64,000 nt of DNA, from positions 93,240,689-93,304,688 of the forward strand of contig NC_068982.1 of the NCBI RefSeq assembly GCF_001194135.2, written 5' to 3'. Both the position numbers and the translations under genes were made by a program. The notes beneath the pieces were generated by a model that was not told where the DNA came from, did no database searches, and saw only the letters and a program-made list of their open reading frames with translations. Source of the stretch: Octopus bimaculoides. Its lineage: Eukaryota. Numbering within the stretch: the stretch's first letter is position 1; every line of letters starts with the position of its first letter. This document shows, in pieces, positions 36,841-51,025 of the stretch.

Positions 36841-38363
36841 TATCTTGCTTAGCAACAGATACATGCCTAAAGTAAAACAAATAAAAATTCATTTTAAAAT
36901 GATGGCTTTTCTTCTTGGTTTCTTCATTCGTACCAGACTATGTTGATATGTAAGAGTCACATCATGCCGGTCTCCAGGTTAACGACTTCAATAGTCATAT
37001 GATAATGTTGCTTTTCGTCCGTGCCTAGTGTTCTCATCACGAACACAAAGCAACAATCCCCCGCAACTTCAATAGGAGCAAACCAATGTATATTGCTACT
37101 TGTAATTCTGTCTATAAAACGTAGAGCTGGCCATGTTAGGATTTAAATATAAAACATAGAAAATCGAGTTTAGTTCTGCACAACCACTGTTTCCGATAAC
37201 TTGCATCATTTGAACATTACTCCAGCTGTAATCATCATATCGTCTTTTTATCTGACATCATGCATCCAAACTGCATTATTCAATATATTTTCCTATTTTT
37301 AAGACTAGAGTATGGATGGTCAAGGGATATTTGGCTACGAATTCTAGCCCGTCAATTTATCGTGTCGGAACTCTCTCGCAACATAAAATCCAAGTCGAAG
37401 CAGCATTGCGCAGAACCTTTATTCTATAAACATCCTAGAAAATCTTATACTTGATTTCAGTAACCTGCATATTCCTTTTTCCCAACTGGCAGCGTCATAG
37501 ATTTAAACCATCACACTCAACCACATCACTACATCCAAACCTTCAACAAAGTATTCACGAGACGTTTTCCATAAGAAAAAAAGAAACTAAAAACATATGC
37601 ACACCATGCTAATTACTACCTATATTAGCTAAGCTTTTGGCTCCATTCCCCTCTTACACACTTATAAACAAAATAATAGACACTTAGTTTTAAAATAATA
37701 GACACACTTAAAAAACAAAAAGCAACAGCACAAAACAGTTGCTAGCGAACTTGTTATCAAACTTAAGTGGTACATATCAACAATTCATCTAGAAACTTCA
37801 ATTTGCTGAACGAGGTACCACCAGCATCTATCCTTTCACACACACTCATTTTAATGATATACCAACACTGCTTTCTGACATAAAATATACACAGAGCATC
37901 ATACGCATGCAGTATCATATTCATGTCATTTCACTTATGCACATTTCACTACTCCAACAATACGTAAGCCTGTATCCTAATATATATTATACTGAACGTA
38001 GCATCATTAATTTCACCTCCTTTATTTTTATCAGCAGTCTCAGAGAACATCGATTAAAACCAACCATCACATTCAATGATATTAATACACAGAAAATAGA
38101 CATTGCAGAAATTAATTGCAACACCTACCTCTAAAAGAATCCCACCACATGGGGAAACATGATAAAGGAAGCAAAATTATACACAAATTCACTTAGATTT
38201 CTTATACGCACCACATTTTGCAAACACCAAGAAGCAACAGTAACCGAATCTCTCTCAAAAACACACACTAATATTTTTAAAAGAAGAGGATACATTAAAT
38301 AATAGTTCTAGACGGTGGTTGTCAACTCGATTCCGGCGTAGCCACTTTCTCACGGTAGACATA

Positions 38364-39672
38364 CGAGGGGGTACCCAAAGGAAACCGGAATTTTACAATC
38401 TTATTTCATTCACTTACTTTTACAAGTTTACACTTTTATCGCCTTCAAAGTCTTCTCCATCTGAAGCAAAGCATTGGTCCAGACGAGATTTATACTATTC
38501 GAAGCGGTCCTGGAACTCTTACGAAGTGATACCTTTTAACGCCGCCATTGTTTTTTTGTTTTTTTTATTTACCTCTTCTTCATCTGCAAAACGTCTCCCT
38601 TTAAGGACTTTTTTCATTCGGAGGAACAAAAAAAAAAAAAGCCGCAGGAAGCAAGATCGGGAAAATAGGGAAGGTGGGTAAACGGGGTCATGCCATTTTG
38701 GGGCAAAAACTTCTCACGCTCAAGGCGGTGTGCGTAGGCGCATTATTGTGATGAAGCCACCATTCTCCACTTTGCCACAGGTCGGGACGTTTTCGTCTCA
38801 CTGTGTCTCGCAAACGTTTCAGAACATTCAGGTAAAATGTCTGACCAGGAGGAACAAATTCTGTGAGGACATTACATTTCGCATCGATGAAACAACTCAA
38901 CATCGTCTTGACACTGGATTTCACTTGACGCGCTTTCTGGGGGTGTAATGACATTGAATGCTTCCATTGACTTGATTGCTGCTTCATTTCCGGGTCGTAA
39001 CCGTAGTATCAGCTTTAGTCACCAGTGATGATCTTGGTCCAGATCACCTTCCAACTATTCTTTCAGTTCACGACACGCATTCAGTCCTGACTACTTTTGA
39101 TCTTTCGTGAGCAAGCGAGGCACAAATTTTGTTGCAACTCTTTTCATTCACAATTTCTCGCTCAAAATTCATTGGCAGGAGCCCCAGAACACACCAGTTA
39201 TATCAACAAGTTTGTCAATTGTTTAGTGACAGTCCTCCAAGATCAGTTTATGAATGTTCGTGTTTTCATTCGTTCGGGAGGTTGACGTTCGTCTCGAACG
39301 AGGTTGGTCTTCAAGCAAGTAACCATTCCTAAAGCGTGACAAACCACTCATAAACTTGTGTTTTGCTCATGGCAGCGTCATTGTAAGCTATTTGAAGCAT
39401 GACAACTGTTTCGGCTGTCGTTTTCCCCAGCAAAAAACAGAATTTCACGGAAGCACGGTTCCTTCGTTTCAGCCATCGCAAAAATCGACGAACAAGGGAG
39501 CACCACTGTAAAATAATGACGCACCACGTGGCAGAATGACTTCACTCGACGACACCGGTCTGCAGAGTGATGCCTGAGGCTCGCATCAAGTGGCTTCTAG
39601 TGGCAGAATTCTGAACTACAACTAGCTTGCCTAACAGAAAACGTTTCCGGTCACTTTTCGGTACCCCGTCTG
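38364..39672 (-). mobile_element. Full-length degenerate mariner transposon (about 1.3 kb)
   Basis: TA at 38362-38363 and 39673-39674; imperfect TIRs CGAGGGGGTACCCAAAGGAAACCGGAA / TTCCGGTCACTTTTCGGTACCCCGTCTG; KSSVKTML..EFVPPGQT..RRKRPDLWQSGEWWLHHNNAPTH. Confidence 0.9.
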
Positions 39673-39844
39673 TAACAGGTTTGATCACATTTATACTATG
39701 GGCCTCTCAACACTGATTTTGGTTAAATTTTTACTTTTATAACAAATGTGATACATAACTTTGTCAAGAACCACATCAGCAACGGTTCAATATCTTGCTT
39801 TTAGAATAGATCAGACTTGCATTACTAATCTACTTGAAGTGATG

Positions 39845-39950
39845 CACCACTACACGTTACAGTGTTCAACGTGATCCTCAAAAGAGTCTTTATCTATTTC
39901 AGTTAATAAGTCTGTGAATCGCTGCTCGTCGTATAGCTGACCTGAGTTAC
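39845..39950 (-). mobile_element. Possible hAT (Buster/Charlie-like) transposase remnant
   Basis: Minus strand QRFTDLLTEIDKDSFEDHVEHCNV*W resembles RQFxxLLxE..YGDL..HCxVRW; a hAT-like end CGGTGGTTGTCAACT lies at about 38312. Confidence 0.35.
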
Positions 39951-42777
39951 ACAATAGTGGCATTTCGGTATTTACTGACTTCTTAAATCTATATCTATTG
40001 TACTTATGATATGGAAAGGCAATTTTGTGAAGTTCATGCCTTACTCAGAGCATTAAATAACCTGAATTCGTTACAACCGTATCACAGTATTTGTTTTCTA
40101 TTTGTGTAACAATAGTTCTACGGTGTTTTACTGTTCTTCATGGGTGTTTTATTCGTAAATATTCCCATAAATCCGACAAAAAACACAGAGAACTCAAACA
40201 TTAAGGAATGAATACTTGAAGATTTAATTTTGAGATTGACTTCAAAAATTCTGTTTCCTAAATAAGTGTGAAATCTAATTATTTTAAATAATGTTAGAAA
40301 CAAATTTTAGAAGAAATTGAGTTTTCTGAGACCGACTCATCAATCCTCTCCCCATTATCATCCCCGTCGTTGTCACCACCACCACCATCATCATCGCCGC
40401 CGCCGTCGTCGTCATCATCATCAAGACAGTGCAGTGTTAAAAACAGTGGAGTGCGAAACTCTTGACTAAAAAGTCTTTCAAATCTCTTTAAGCTTTCCTT
40501 TAACTGTAGAAAGTCCCTACAGGATGTAAACCATTCTTTTTTTCTTATTTTTTTTTTCCTGTTTGAGCAGCCTGAATGTGAAGAAAACATATTTGAGAGA
40601 TGTAAACAGTCTCAAGAGACTTAGTGCAGTGTGAAGGGTTGAATAAGCAAAATAGGAAAAGACTGAGTTAAACAACAATCCTTAAAATCATGTTTTCTTA
40701 CGATGTAAATTTTTATAAGATAAAAATAAAATTTGTGGAGTGTTGCATCGATGGTTCGATGGTCGAAGTGCATTCTAAAAACAGAGATATATGTTGATAT
40801 GTTTGTGCACAATGAAATGGTTCATGTCAACGAAAACATGCACCAACCAACCAATCCTAGTAATACATCTACGCATTTTGTACTTAATGCTTTTTTACTA
40901 AAGCATAAGGTTGGGTTGTTGGAAGGAATTATGCGTAGTATATTGTATTACCCTGGTACATTATCAGCGAATATATTGAACTCAGAAATGCAACAAATCA
41001 GCTTGAGACATAGGTGTTAGCATGGCTATGTGGTCTAGAACTTTGTTTTATAACTAGGTGTATTTAAATTAAATTCCATTGTGCGTCATATTTATTGAAT
41101 GTTTTCTACCATAACCTCAGATCGATCAAAGCATAGTGAGTGAAAAATGAAGCGAGTCAGAGAGTCTGTTTCTAATTTCTTATTTAATCCGTCACCTAGT
41201 TTAACGCGGTTACTTAGCCTTTGCCTGCCTTTAACGATGTTTGTAGTGTTGCAAACATTGCACTCAGCTCTCCTGACTGTTGATTACTTTCTTCTCCCCC
41301 ACATCACGAGTCTCGGAGGCCCTGAAAGAAGTTATAGGCGGTGCACTTCCTTCTGTAACCGAACAACAGAAAAATTCAACAATTATTTTAAACATTATTT
41401 CACTATTAGTTTTTATCATACTCATCTTAATATATAAAAGTGAATGTATGCATGTTCCAAGTTATTTACCATAGCTTTGCAGCTAAGTAAGTGAAATTTT
41501 TACATTGAAAGTACATACTAACTGAATTTACTTGTAACTTCTAAAATCGAGATTAATGGATGCAATTATTCTGAGTAAATCAAATTCTAGCTGATTACTG
41601 CATCATTTTAATGAGATTTATCAAACTACTGTGAATTCATACAACAGTAGTGATTTTATGAATTAATAAACTCAAGCAAGGCCAAATACTGCTGCCGATG
41701 TTAAACATATGATGTTTGACCCATTGTGTTTAACAAACTTCTCTGTTCTAATAAGAATTTCTAACTTCAGATAAAGGTCACAAGTTCTGGAGCTTATTGA
41801 ATCAATCTCAGTATTTAACTGGTACTTCCAAAGGAATAAAATTGAGCTCGGTGGTCTTTAAACTCAGAATGTAAAAGAACGTGACTAAATACCACCAGAC
41901 ACTTAGTTCGATTCTCTAACTTTTGATATTTCTCCATTTTTTTGCTCTGCCTAACAAAGATTCCTTTCGACTCTATAGAAGGTCTAATTTTGCAAGGAAA
42001 TAACATTTATTGATTTAATCGGCCCCATAATGTTTCTGATATTTAGTCTATCAACTCACTTCCCTTTAAAGAAATGAAAATTAAAATTGGTTTGATGATT
42101 TGAAAATAAAACGTGGTGCTTCCGTTGGTCGAATTTGATCATGCCTCTGCAACATCCATTTATAGACCTAGAGAGGACTTTTTTGAAGACGTCTGACATG
42201 AGGAAGATGTCCTTGCACAAAAATTTCCTCCTATCCAAGCCATCGATTTTTTCTTCGATAGTAAGACTGCCTGATTGGCACAAATGTTGTCGTAGAAAGT
42301 CAGAGCAAATACTGCAAACATCTTTCTAGACTCTCAGACAGTTCTGCCAACCCACTACTCTGGATTGATACTTTTCTATTATCGACCTAGAAAGGATGAA
42401 AGGCTAAGTTAATATCGGAGGGATTTGAACTCAGAAAGCAGAAGCTCCGAACAAATACCGCTAAATAGCATATCCAATATCCCAACTCAACTCTAACGAT
42501 TCTGCCAATTTGCCACTTCAAAAGTTGAATAATGAAACTAAATACAGCAAAGTACATCAACGACTAATTTATATTTCTATAGACAGACAATTGATAGCTT
42601 TGAACTTTAGATAGAATCAGAAAGTCAGTAAATACCAAAAATAACTTAACGTATATCTAATAATGCTGAAGCAAAACAAAAATATTGCACAATAATGCTG
42701 CAAAATAAGAAAGGGAATTTTCCGTGCTTTATATTAAACCATTATTGGGTTTTTGCATTAATATTAAAATAAGAAAT

Positions 42778-42996
42778 AAGCAACGAGCTGGCAAAACCAT
42801 TAGTACGCCGGGTAAAATGCTTAACGGCATTTCGTCCGTCTTTACGTTCTGAGTTCAAACTTTGTAAAGGTCGGCTTTGGCTTTTATCCTTTCGGGGTCG
42901 ATAAAATAAGCACCACTTGAGTACTGAGGTCGATGTAATCGACTAGCTCCTTGTATCGAGATTACTGACCTTGTACCAAAATTTGAAACCAATATT
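42778..42996 (+). mobile_element. SINE family 1 copy (decayed minus-strand copies at about 41770-41990 and 42345-42520)
   Basis: GCAACGAGCTGGCAAAACCATTAGTACGCCGGGTAAAATGC..GTTCTGAGTTCAAACT..CCTTTCGGGGTCGATAAAATAAG. Confidence 0.85.
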
Positions 42997-43838
42997 AAAT
43001 TCAGGAATAGCTGAATAGATCGAACACTAGACAAAATGCCTTGTGAGTTTTAGTTACGTCCCTCCACGTTTTGAGTCCAAATACCATCCCAGTTGACTCT
43101 GCCTTTTGTTCTTCCCAAGTCAAGAAAAGAAAGTGCCATTTAAATATTTTAGTTGATTGGATCACTTTTGCCCTGCAGCCAAGAAAATGTCTTGACAATT
43201 GACATCGTATAAGTATAGATATGTAATGAAAAATAATTGTAAATGCCGATGTCCTTCGTTACTAGCCTGCATATTCCATGTCACCTCAATCCTATGCGGT
43301 ATGTATTTGAAAATTGTCTTGATACTGAGCATTAATCAATGTTGTATTGACTGCTTTTTCATAATGAGTTTCACACTTCCCTGTTCTGACTTCAAATCTT
43401 CCAAATATTGATTTTGGATTTTCGTCTCTAGAAATACGTGTCCGATAGCCACAGGGCATGTACCGTTGATACTTTTGCAATAAATTTTGCAACCAAATTC
43501 TCATACACAAATTCTGCTGTGTTTCTTTTATTTCCCTCTTGTCAACTTTACCTTGAAGAAGAACGCTGTTCAAAACGTTGGATATTTCACTTCCCACGAT
43601 ATTTTCATTGTGCTCTTTCTGTCACCTTTCTTAATATATTGTTTTTGCACTGTATCGATAATAACCTTATGTCTACTTACAAAGAATCAATATTCAAATA
43701 GAAATAATAACAGCAATGACCTATTTATTTTACATATATAAGATTCAGATACACATGTCAAGTCTCTCATTATTAGATGTCCAACAATGAGGAGTTAGTT
43801 CTATTGTTTTCAAATTAAAGATATATGTGAATCCACAC

Positions 43839-43996
43839 CTTTCCCAACTGATATTTGTTGTTTCGAAGGCCATAAGAAGTCATTGAAGAGTTATACAGAT
43901 ACAACCGAGAATTGAAACCTGGTCGTGAACCTGGTGCTTCAAATGAATACAATTTTTTTCTCTCGATACGAGAGAAATCAAAAGATATTTTACTGA
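43839..43996 (-). CDS. Candidate internal exon of an unidentified host gene
   Basis: Acceptor TTTTTTTCACTTTACTGCTTTCCCCAACAG, 158 nt open as SKISFDFSRIERKKLYSFEAPGSRPGFNSRLYLYNSSMTSYGLRNNKYQLGK, donor AAG|GTGTGG. No homology recognised. Confidence 0.25.
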
Positions 43997-45363
43997 CTGT
44001 TGGGGAAAGCAGTAAAGTGAAAAAAATTAGCTTCATTTAAGTGATTATATAGCATCCATATTTCAAATTTGCACCTAAATAAGAGGTGAATATTAAGAAG
44101 TTCTTAGCCTTTAAAGTAGTCTACGGTACTCACTCAATGATATATAACTGTGGCTGGGAACAACCTGTTGAGAATCATGAGTTTACCATAGACACAGGAG
44201 AACTATAGCAACAAGGCACGTACCGTCCATAGTTCAGAAGGCAGTCAGATATCTTATCGACTCGAGTAGCTACAAATCTCTGCTAAAAGTACTCTTCTAT
44301 AAATGGCGAGTAATGTTTGATGAGAGCTTTTCAGCCAATATCAGTAATATCATACCAAGGCATTTGAATATCCTAAAGAGCACAAACTATCACCTTATCT
44401 TATTTCTTTCCAACATTTCACGATGTTATCAATAAAATAAACAAACTGCCGTTATAAAGCAACTCTCTTCTCACTAACTTACAATGCAACTGTTGTTCAA
44501 TTAGACACGTAATTCTAGTGTGCTACCTTCAAATATTGTATACCCCATGAAACAGTACAATGAGAACAGAGTTGTCAGATTCAATAATGGCATTTCTAAA
44601 GTTTTTCTTAAAGAATGCTATCGCACAGACATTTTGTTGATCTAAACAACGGCTCTATTACAACATTAATTGACATCGTTTCTTCAATGTCTTCATTACA
44701 GGAGCAAAGTTAAAACAGCTTGAGGTTGTGGACTGTCAGAAATGCAGCAGTTGTTAATCTATGTCAACAAGATCAGTCTCATTGCAATTAAAACTATGCA
44801 TGGATATGTTTAATAGAGTTTTTCACGACGTAATTCTCAACCAAACATTTATTACAATCTTGAGCTAATAATAGTCTTTCTTTTCCCTTCTTTTTTCTTC
44901 TTTGTTTTTGTATAACATTATTTCACAGAATAAGAGATATTGGGAAACGGCGTGGATAAGGGAAATGACGAGAAAATTGGATGAAATCGATTCGGTGAAA
45001 TTTGAAATGTTTACATTTGTTGTATTAGAGAGTTCTCGAACTTTTCTAGAAAAAAAAAGTACAGAGACAAACAAATAATTTCTTCGTTGTCACTCAACTT
45101 AATAAAAGTAGTAGCCAAATCTACCTCAAACCACATCTTACCATCTTAAAAAAATGAAGGACACGTTGCGCACTTTGGGCACTTTTGATAACATAGTCAC
45201 TGATACTCAAAAAGACGGGATGGTCACAGCTGGAACGCTTTTTAGTGCAAGTCTGCTATATCAAGACTGGCCTGATGTCAAACAACAGTTTCAAGGTTTG
45301 TAGAATACCAGGAAAAGAAAGAGAGAGAGAGCGTGTGTTTGTGTTGGTATATATGTGTGAATC

Positions 45364-45405
<42 letters not shown>

Positions 45406-45543
45406 GTTGAATTCTTATATTCAACGTCTATCTTTAAAAACGCCACAGATATCTTGAGAAAGAATATATATATAAAGGAATTGACCAAGTACATGAATGG
45501 TACATTTTTATTAGCCGTGAAGAGACAAAACAAAAAGACGAGT

Positions 45544-46225
45544 AATTTATTGATTATATTTGAATTGATTGGGATTTCAAGTTATGTCCTCCACCAGTAT
45601 ATCCTTCAAACAGTACAGATTTGCGTGTGCGTGTGCGTGTGCGTGCATGCGCGTGTACGCTTGTGTAAGTATAATGCACATATGTATGTATGAAAAAATA
45701 ACTACTATTATTAGTATCTGCTAGCTTGATATGGTTTGGTAGATATGATATTCATAGGCCAGCGAAATTGCAAAGTGAACGTATGAATTCTTGCCAGCTT
45801 GTTCTGATAATCCTTTTGCGAAGAAGTTCAGAGATAAATCGGCTTTTGATTAAATTTTTTGCAGTATGAAATGTCACTGAACTCAGAATGAAAATTCTTG
45901 AATACTGCAAAAAATTTAATCAAAAGCCGATTTATCTCTGAACTTCTTCGCAAAAGGATTATCAGAACAAGCTGGCAAGAATTCATACGTTCACTTTGCA
46001 ATTTCGCTGGCCTATGAATATCATATCTACCAAACCATATCAAGCTAGCAGATACTAATAATAGTAGTTATTTTTTCATACATACATATGTGCATTATAC
46101 TTACACAAGCGTACACGCGCATGCACGCACACGCACACGCACACGCAAATCTGTACTGTTTGAAGGATATACTGGTGGAGGACATAACTTGAAATCCCAA
46201 TCAATTCAAATATAATCAATAAATT
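45544..46225. repeat. Apparently perfect 324-bp inverted repeat with 34-nt spacer
   Basis: 45544-45867 is the reverse complement of 45902-46225; no mismatch found by eye, including a (GCGTGT)n tract. Confidence 0.95.
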
Positions 46226-47876
46226 TTACTGTATGAAATGTCCCTTTACTAATACAGCATTGATGATTATTTATCCTGTGGCTTTGTGGGTACGTTAATC
46301 AAAGAAGTGAGGACAGCGCCTTGTACACCGAGACTGGTAGAGCAGAGGGGAATAAGAAACAACAGTTCGCAGATAGTTGCATTGGAAGGTAGCACATCAA
46401 GATATCAGCTAGTACTCATGCCTGATATCTTATTAGAATACTTACAACAGAGCATACTCTGATAAAAGCACACAGGGATAAGGCGGTCGCATTAAACGAA
46501 GCGAAAACTGAGTTCTGTTACTCCTGTGTTCTATGTAACGCTGAATGAGACAAAAGTGATTTATCCACATTGTGTTATGTTTTCGAGATTCTTACTCTTG
46601 TAGGTTGTGCTAATCTAATGAAAACTGTCGATATTGCATGTCAACAGGTTAGGTGCAAAAGTATTTCCTAGGTGTTGTATGCGAACTTCTCAGTATTAAT
46701 GAACAGTTGGAGAAATTAGCACGTAGGTCTTTAATGTAGACGAAAAAAGAATGTTTAAATTCCAACAATGAAGCTTTGTTTCTTAATTAGAAGGACGGGC
46801 ATGTACATATCTATACTGAACCAATAACAGTTATATTTCCTCATATTTTCAAGGGTACTCTTTTGCAATTCAAAATCAGCAAACAGAAACAAAATTTATC
46901 AAGTACAAAAAGGATACAAATACACGCACAATAAGAGACAATCAACAATATTTCATATGAGCTACATTGCTAATGACAATGCAAAAATCTCATCAGAAAA
47001 CTAACCCACTGGTAGTAATTTTTAAAGCATATTTCTGGCGCGTCTGACTTGAATATTCACACCAGTGATTCCTATAATGCATGGGATTCTAACAAAAACA
47101 CCTTGGTGTAATTCATAAAGAATATAGTCCAAGAGATCGATACATAAGAAACACTGTCAAAAATACAAAATATTGTTTAAAATGTACCAAAATATCCTCT
47201 TTGATGCACCAAACATATTTCTCTAGAACAAGCACGTGCCGTCAGTAATTACTTAGGGTAGGCTGTTGGTGACCCTTATGTAATAAAAGACTCAAAAATA
47301 AGCGAAATACAGGCGCGCAACTGAGTTGAATGCAGATTTACTTCTGCCTTTATAGCACGTAAAGAAAATGATGTTGTAGGAGTGTACACAGCACGTGTGC
47401 TACCGCAGCACTATGCGTAGTTTTAATACTGAGATTGAAAAGCAAGGGCGAATTAAGCCTGCCTAATGTACAAAAAAATAAAGCATTTTGCATTTTATGC
47501 ATAGTAATCAAAGAAACCTTCATAATTTTATTGAATTAGGTGCATATTTTGTCATAAAATGAAAATATTGCTATTGATCTATTCTATTCAAGGTAGGCAT
47601 TGTCTACTTTGTCTACCTAGGCGGCACGTCCCTGCTCTAGAACATTGCATTAAAGGCTTTTAATGCTGTGATATTTCGTCGACATTTAACCATAAATATT
47701 TCTTGGCCCAGCAGTGAACAACGGAAGGAGACAACTGAGCGCGGTTGTTTGGGCGCTGGAGATTTGGTGCGTCTAGCAGAACTTATTTTGGTGATAATAC
47801 TTTTTGGCACTTGAAGTAAACAAACGCACACATACGCACGCATACATAGCTATATATATATCTTTATATATATATT

Positions 47877-48075
47877 AGAAAAAATAAGGTACTCAGAGAT
47901 CTGGATGGTTGTACATTTACAGATTTTTATTATGTCTCACATGTTTTTATAAATCATATGAAGATTCTACTAGAATAGATGCAAGCGCTAATATGTGATT
48001 TATAAAAAACATGTGACATTAATAAAAATCTGTAAATGTACAACCATCAAGATCTCTGAGTACCTTATTTTTTCT
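47877..48075. mobile_element. About 200-bp foldback MITE in (TA)n context
   Basis: About 80-bp arms AGAAAAAATAAGGTACTCAGAGATCT..AAATCA (47877-47956) and 47996-48075, few mismatches; TA tracts outside (right junction in gap). Confidence 0.75.
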
Positions 48076-48593
48076 NNNNNNNNNNNNNNNNNNNNNNNNN
48101 NNNNNNNNNNNNNNNNNNNNNNNNNNNNNNNNNNNNNNNNNNNNNNNNNNNNNNNNNNNNNNNNNNNNNNNNNNNNNNNNNTATATATATATATATATAT
48201 ATGTAAGCGGGTGCGCACGCACACACACGCGCACAGATAAAGTGAGAAGGAAAGAAACATTACAAGTTATTAATTGAACACGATTGACAGAAACACTTTC
48301 CCCTCTGCTCATGCTTATAAATAGAAATATTCTCATACACATGAAGAGAGGGAAAGAAAGGGAGAGGAAGGGAAAGAGAGAAACATTAAAAACGAGATCG
48401 ACATTAAAACGTCTGATGTCAAATAAGTCAGTGTCTAATCAGCTGTGCCACATCTGACGAAAGGGTTAGAAAATTCTACACCTCTCATGTTGGTCTTGTC
48501 GCTGTTGTTTATCGACAGGTTAATTCCGAACGAGCTTATAACGTCTTATGGCAAAAGATATTCCAGCACTGATCATCATGCTTTTTTTTCTTT

Positions 48594-48630
<37 letters not shown>

Positions 48631-49751
48631 ACATAGTGTATCTAAGACAACATTATCCATTGATTTTATTATTAAAATGCGATTGTCTAATTCGAGAAAG
48701 ATAACTGGCTGCTTTTTTAATAACAAGTCTAGCGGCCGCTTACAAGCGCCATTGTTGCTCCGTAGTGCATTTGGGAGTGCATCTGTGTGGCTTAACACTG
48801 ATCTTCAAAAGTTAGGCTTCATGCACACGAAAGAGACAGAAATCATTCGCAAACTACAATGATAATTAATATGGTAATGGAATTTTATATATGTAAAGCA
48901 TTGCAAAAGTTCATTCTGTGAAGTAAGGACACACACACACACACATACATTCACACACAGACACACGCGTTCACACAGACACATACGTGTATATACATAG
49001 GCTCACAGACATACACACATATGTACATACATACGCTTATCGTCCTGGTGTTATCAGATCGATGACTTTGAAACTATTACTTTTGGACATTGAACATTAA
49101 ACGTTGTAGGTGTTTGTTGTTTAAGCCCTAAGTTAGTCTTGATTGAACGAATCTATGTTCAAAGGCATTGAAGCCAAGACCATTTTGCCTCCTTTTCAGT
49201 ACAATACAGATCACAATATCCAATGGCAGTAGAGTGGTTTAGAGTGAATTAGCTTTTATGACTAGCATTTCCAACAGCCACGTAAAGGTTCCCTGTTGGT
49301 ACATTCGACATTGTATGTATTGTTATACTGTACTGCAACTCCTGATTCAATAATTAAGAACAAAGCAGATCGATTGAATTAATTGAAAGCCACCATTAAC
49401 ACAACAGCGGCAGACTACGGTGAAACATTTAACAGATGATAACTAAAGTGTGAAGTGAACAAAGATCTTTGAAGCAACTCACTGTAACTTATTAATAGAT
49501 TATCGAAAATATACGCCAGTTGCTGACGAGAAATACTTCAGGGGAAACTAATGTCGTATTGCAGCATGAAAGACCATATCATAAAAGTTATTTATATTTC
49601 TGCCTAGGATGAGTCATTCTGGACAGAAAGTTGTACACTCATACACACACATGCCCACACAACGTACGCACACGCGCGCACACGTACGCACACGCGCACA
49701 CACGCACGCACGAACACACACACATGTACACTCGTACACTCATTTACACAC

Positions 49752-49799
<48 letters not shown>

Positions 49800-50631
49800 N
49801 NNNNNNNNNNNNNNNNNNNNNNNNNNNNNNNNNNNNNNNNNNNNNNNNNNNNNNNNNNNNNNNNNNNNNNNNNNNNNNNNNNNNNNNNNNNNNNNNNNNN
49901 NNNNNNNNNNNNNNNNNNNNNNNNNNNNNNNNNNNNNNNNNNNNNNNNNNNNNNNNNNNNNNNNNNNNNNNNNNNNNNNNNNNNNNNNNNNNNNNNNNNN
50001 NNNNNNNNNNNNNNNNNNNNNNNNNNNNNNNNNNNNNNNNNNNNNNNNNNNNNNNNNNNNNNNNNNNNNNNNNNNNNNNNNNNNNNNNNNNNNNNNNNNN
50101 NNNNNNNNNNNNNNNNNNNNNNNNNNNNNNNNNNNNNNNNNNNNNNNNNNNNNNNNNNNNNNNNNNNNNNNNNNNNNNNNNNNNNNNNNNNNNNNNNNNN
50201 NNNNNNNNNNNNNNNNNNNNNNNNNNNNNNNNNNNNNNNNNNNNNNNNNNNNNNNNNNNNNNNNNNNNNNNNNNNNNNNNNNNNNNNNNNNNNNNNNNNN
50301 NNNNNNNNNNNNNNNNNNNNNNNNNNNNNNNNNNNNNNNNNNNNNNNNNNNNNNNNNNNNNNNNNNNNNNNNNNNNNNNNNNNNNNNNNNNNNNNNNNNN
50401 NNNNNNNNNNNNNNNNNNNNNNNNNNNNNNNNNNNNNNNNNNNNNNNNNNNNNNNNNNNNNNNNNNNNNNNNNNNNNNNNNNNNNNNNNNNNNNNNNNNN
50501 NNNNNNNNNNNNNNNNNNNNNNNNNNNNNNNNNNNNNNNNNNNNNNNNNNNCAGATATGCACCTATACATACAGGTGGATGTCGGTATGCACATACCTGT
50601 ACGTATATATGCATATACTCATTTACTATTT

Positions 50632-50678
<47 letters not shown>

Positions 50679-51025
50679 GTATATATCAAACAAATGAACT
50701 TTCTGAAATAATAATTTGTTTTCTGTTGTATTTTGTAACATGACTCTGGCTACAACATAATAACCCTATTCCATATTGGTCAGAATTATACACCATCGAT
50801 AGAATTATACCGACATGGTAGTTTAACATAGCAGACAACGGAGCCCCAGCATTCTATAGCCTTTTGTTACACGTCCATCTCCTCAGTAACTCTCTCTCTC
50901 TCTTTCTTTCTCTGTCTCTGTTTCACTCTCTGCCTGTTTGTCTCTCTCACTTTTTCTCTATCTCTCCCCCTCCTCCACCTCCTGCCTTACTCTCTTTCTA
51001 TATATATTTATATACACTCACACAC

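Noticed and set aside
43292-43597. 101-aa minus-strand ORF starting GSEISNVL
   Set aside because: No ATG, no credible acceptor, an in-frame stop just upstream and no recognisable motif.
44483-44620. Minus-strand GTAAGT donor at 44477-44482
   Set aside because: All three frames have stops after the nearest plausible acceptor.
48448-48492. ACATCTGACGAAAGGG..ATGT as a hammerhead
   Set aside because: No GAAA or stem III after the hairpin.
48520-48798. 92-aa minus-strand ORF, and a possible MAL|GTAAGC first exon
   Set aside because: The ORF runs through a poly-A tract; the short exon idea has no independent support.
49516-49566. CTGACGAG..GAAACTAATGTC as a hammerhead
   Set aside because: Four extra bases lie between stem II and GAAA, and there is no stem I.
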